Positions 63,848 through 64,000 of a stretch of DNA of 64,000 nt are shown here, in pieces; the stretch's first letter is position 1; every line of letters begins with the position of its first letter. Position numbers and translations under genes: made by a program. Under the pieces are notes generated by a model. The model was not told the origin of the DNA and searched no databases. It worked only from the letters and a program-made list of their open reading frames with translations. The stretch is from Chiloscyllium plagiosum (taxonomy: Eukaryota): positions 93,625,510 to 93,689,509 of the forward strand of contig NC_057719.1 in assembly GCF_004010195.1 (NCBI RefSeq), read 5' to 3'.

Positions 63848-63975
63848 TCCTGAAGAAGGGCTCATGCCCGAAATGTCGATTCTCCTGCTCCTTGGATGCT
63901 GCCTGACCTGCTGCGCTTTTCCAGCAACACATTTTCAGCTCTGATCTCCAGCATCTGCAGTCCTCACATTCTCAA
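63848..63975 (+). mobile_element. Penelope-terminus element with hammerhead core (63848-63881)
   Basis: UC-CUGAAGA-A-GGGC-UCAU-GCCC-GAAA-UGUC-GA then family tail. Confidence 0.8.
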
Positions 63976-64000
63976 CACTCGTATCAGCCAGGAGCGTTCT

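Overview
Eukaryotic, repeat-dominated genomic DNA. The repeat content (HE1/V-type tRNA SINEs, HER1/CR1 LINEs, Neptune- and Poseidon-type Penelope elements) points to a cartilaginous fish, probably a carpet/bamboo shark (inference). One host gene is supported: a minus-strand, two-exon class A GPCR of the GPR139/GPR142-like group. Exon 1 is 41720-41897, the inferred phase-1 intron is ~41 kb, and exon 2 runs from 688 off the left edge; the ORF track misses exon 2. The rest is a nested mosaic of CR1 and L1 LINEs, Gmr1-type Gypsy elements, a Harbinger transposase fossil, SINEs and many Penelope-like elements. Main observations: (i) many minimal type I hammerhead ribozyme motifs in Penelope termini and short palindromic non-autonomous derivatives, including one with hammerheads in both polarities and an empty paralogous site; (ii) old segmental duplications of the GPCR intron, including a copy lacking the coding exon; (iii) a 65-bp length-conserved tandem array and 42-bp arrays built from the CR1 3' tail; (iv) a 21-bp repeat building the receptor N-terminus. 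Repeat boundaries were read by eye and are approximate unless target-site duplications (TSDs) are given.
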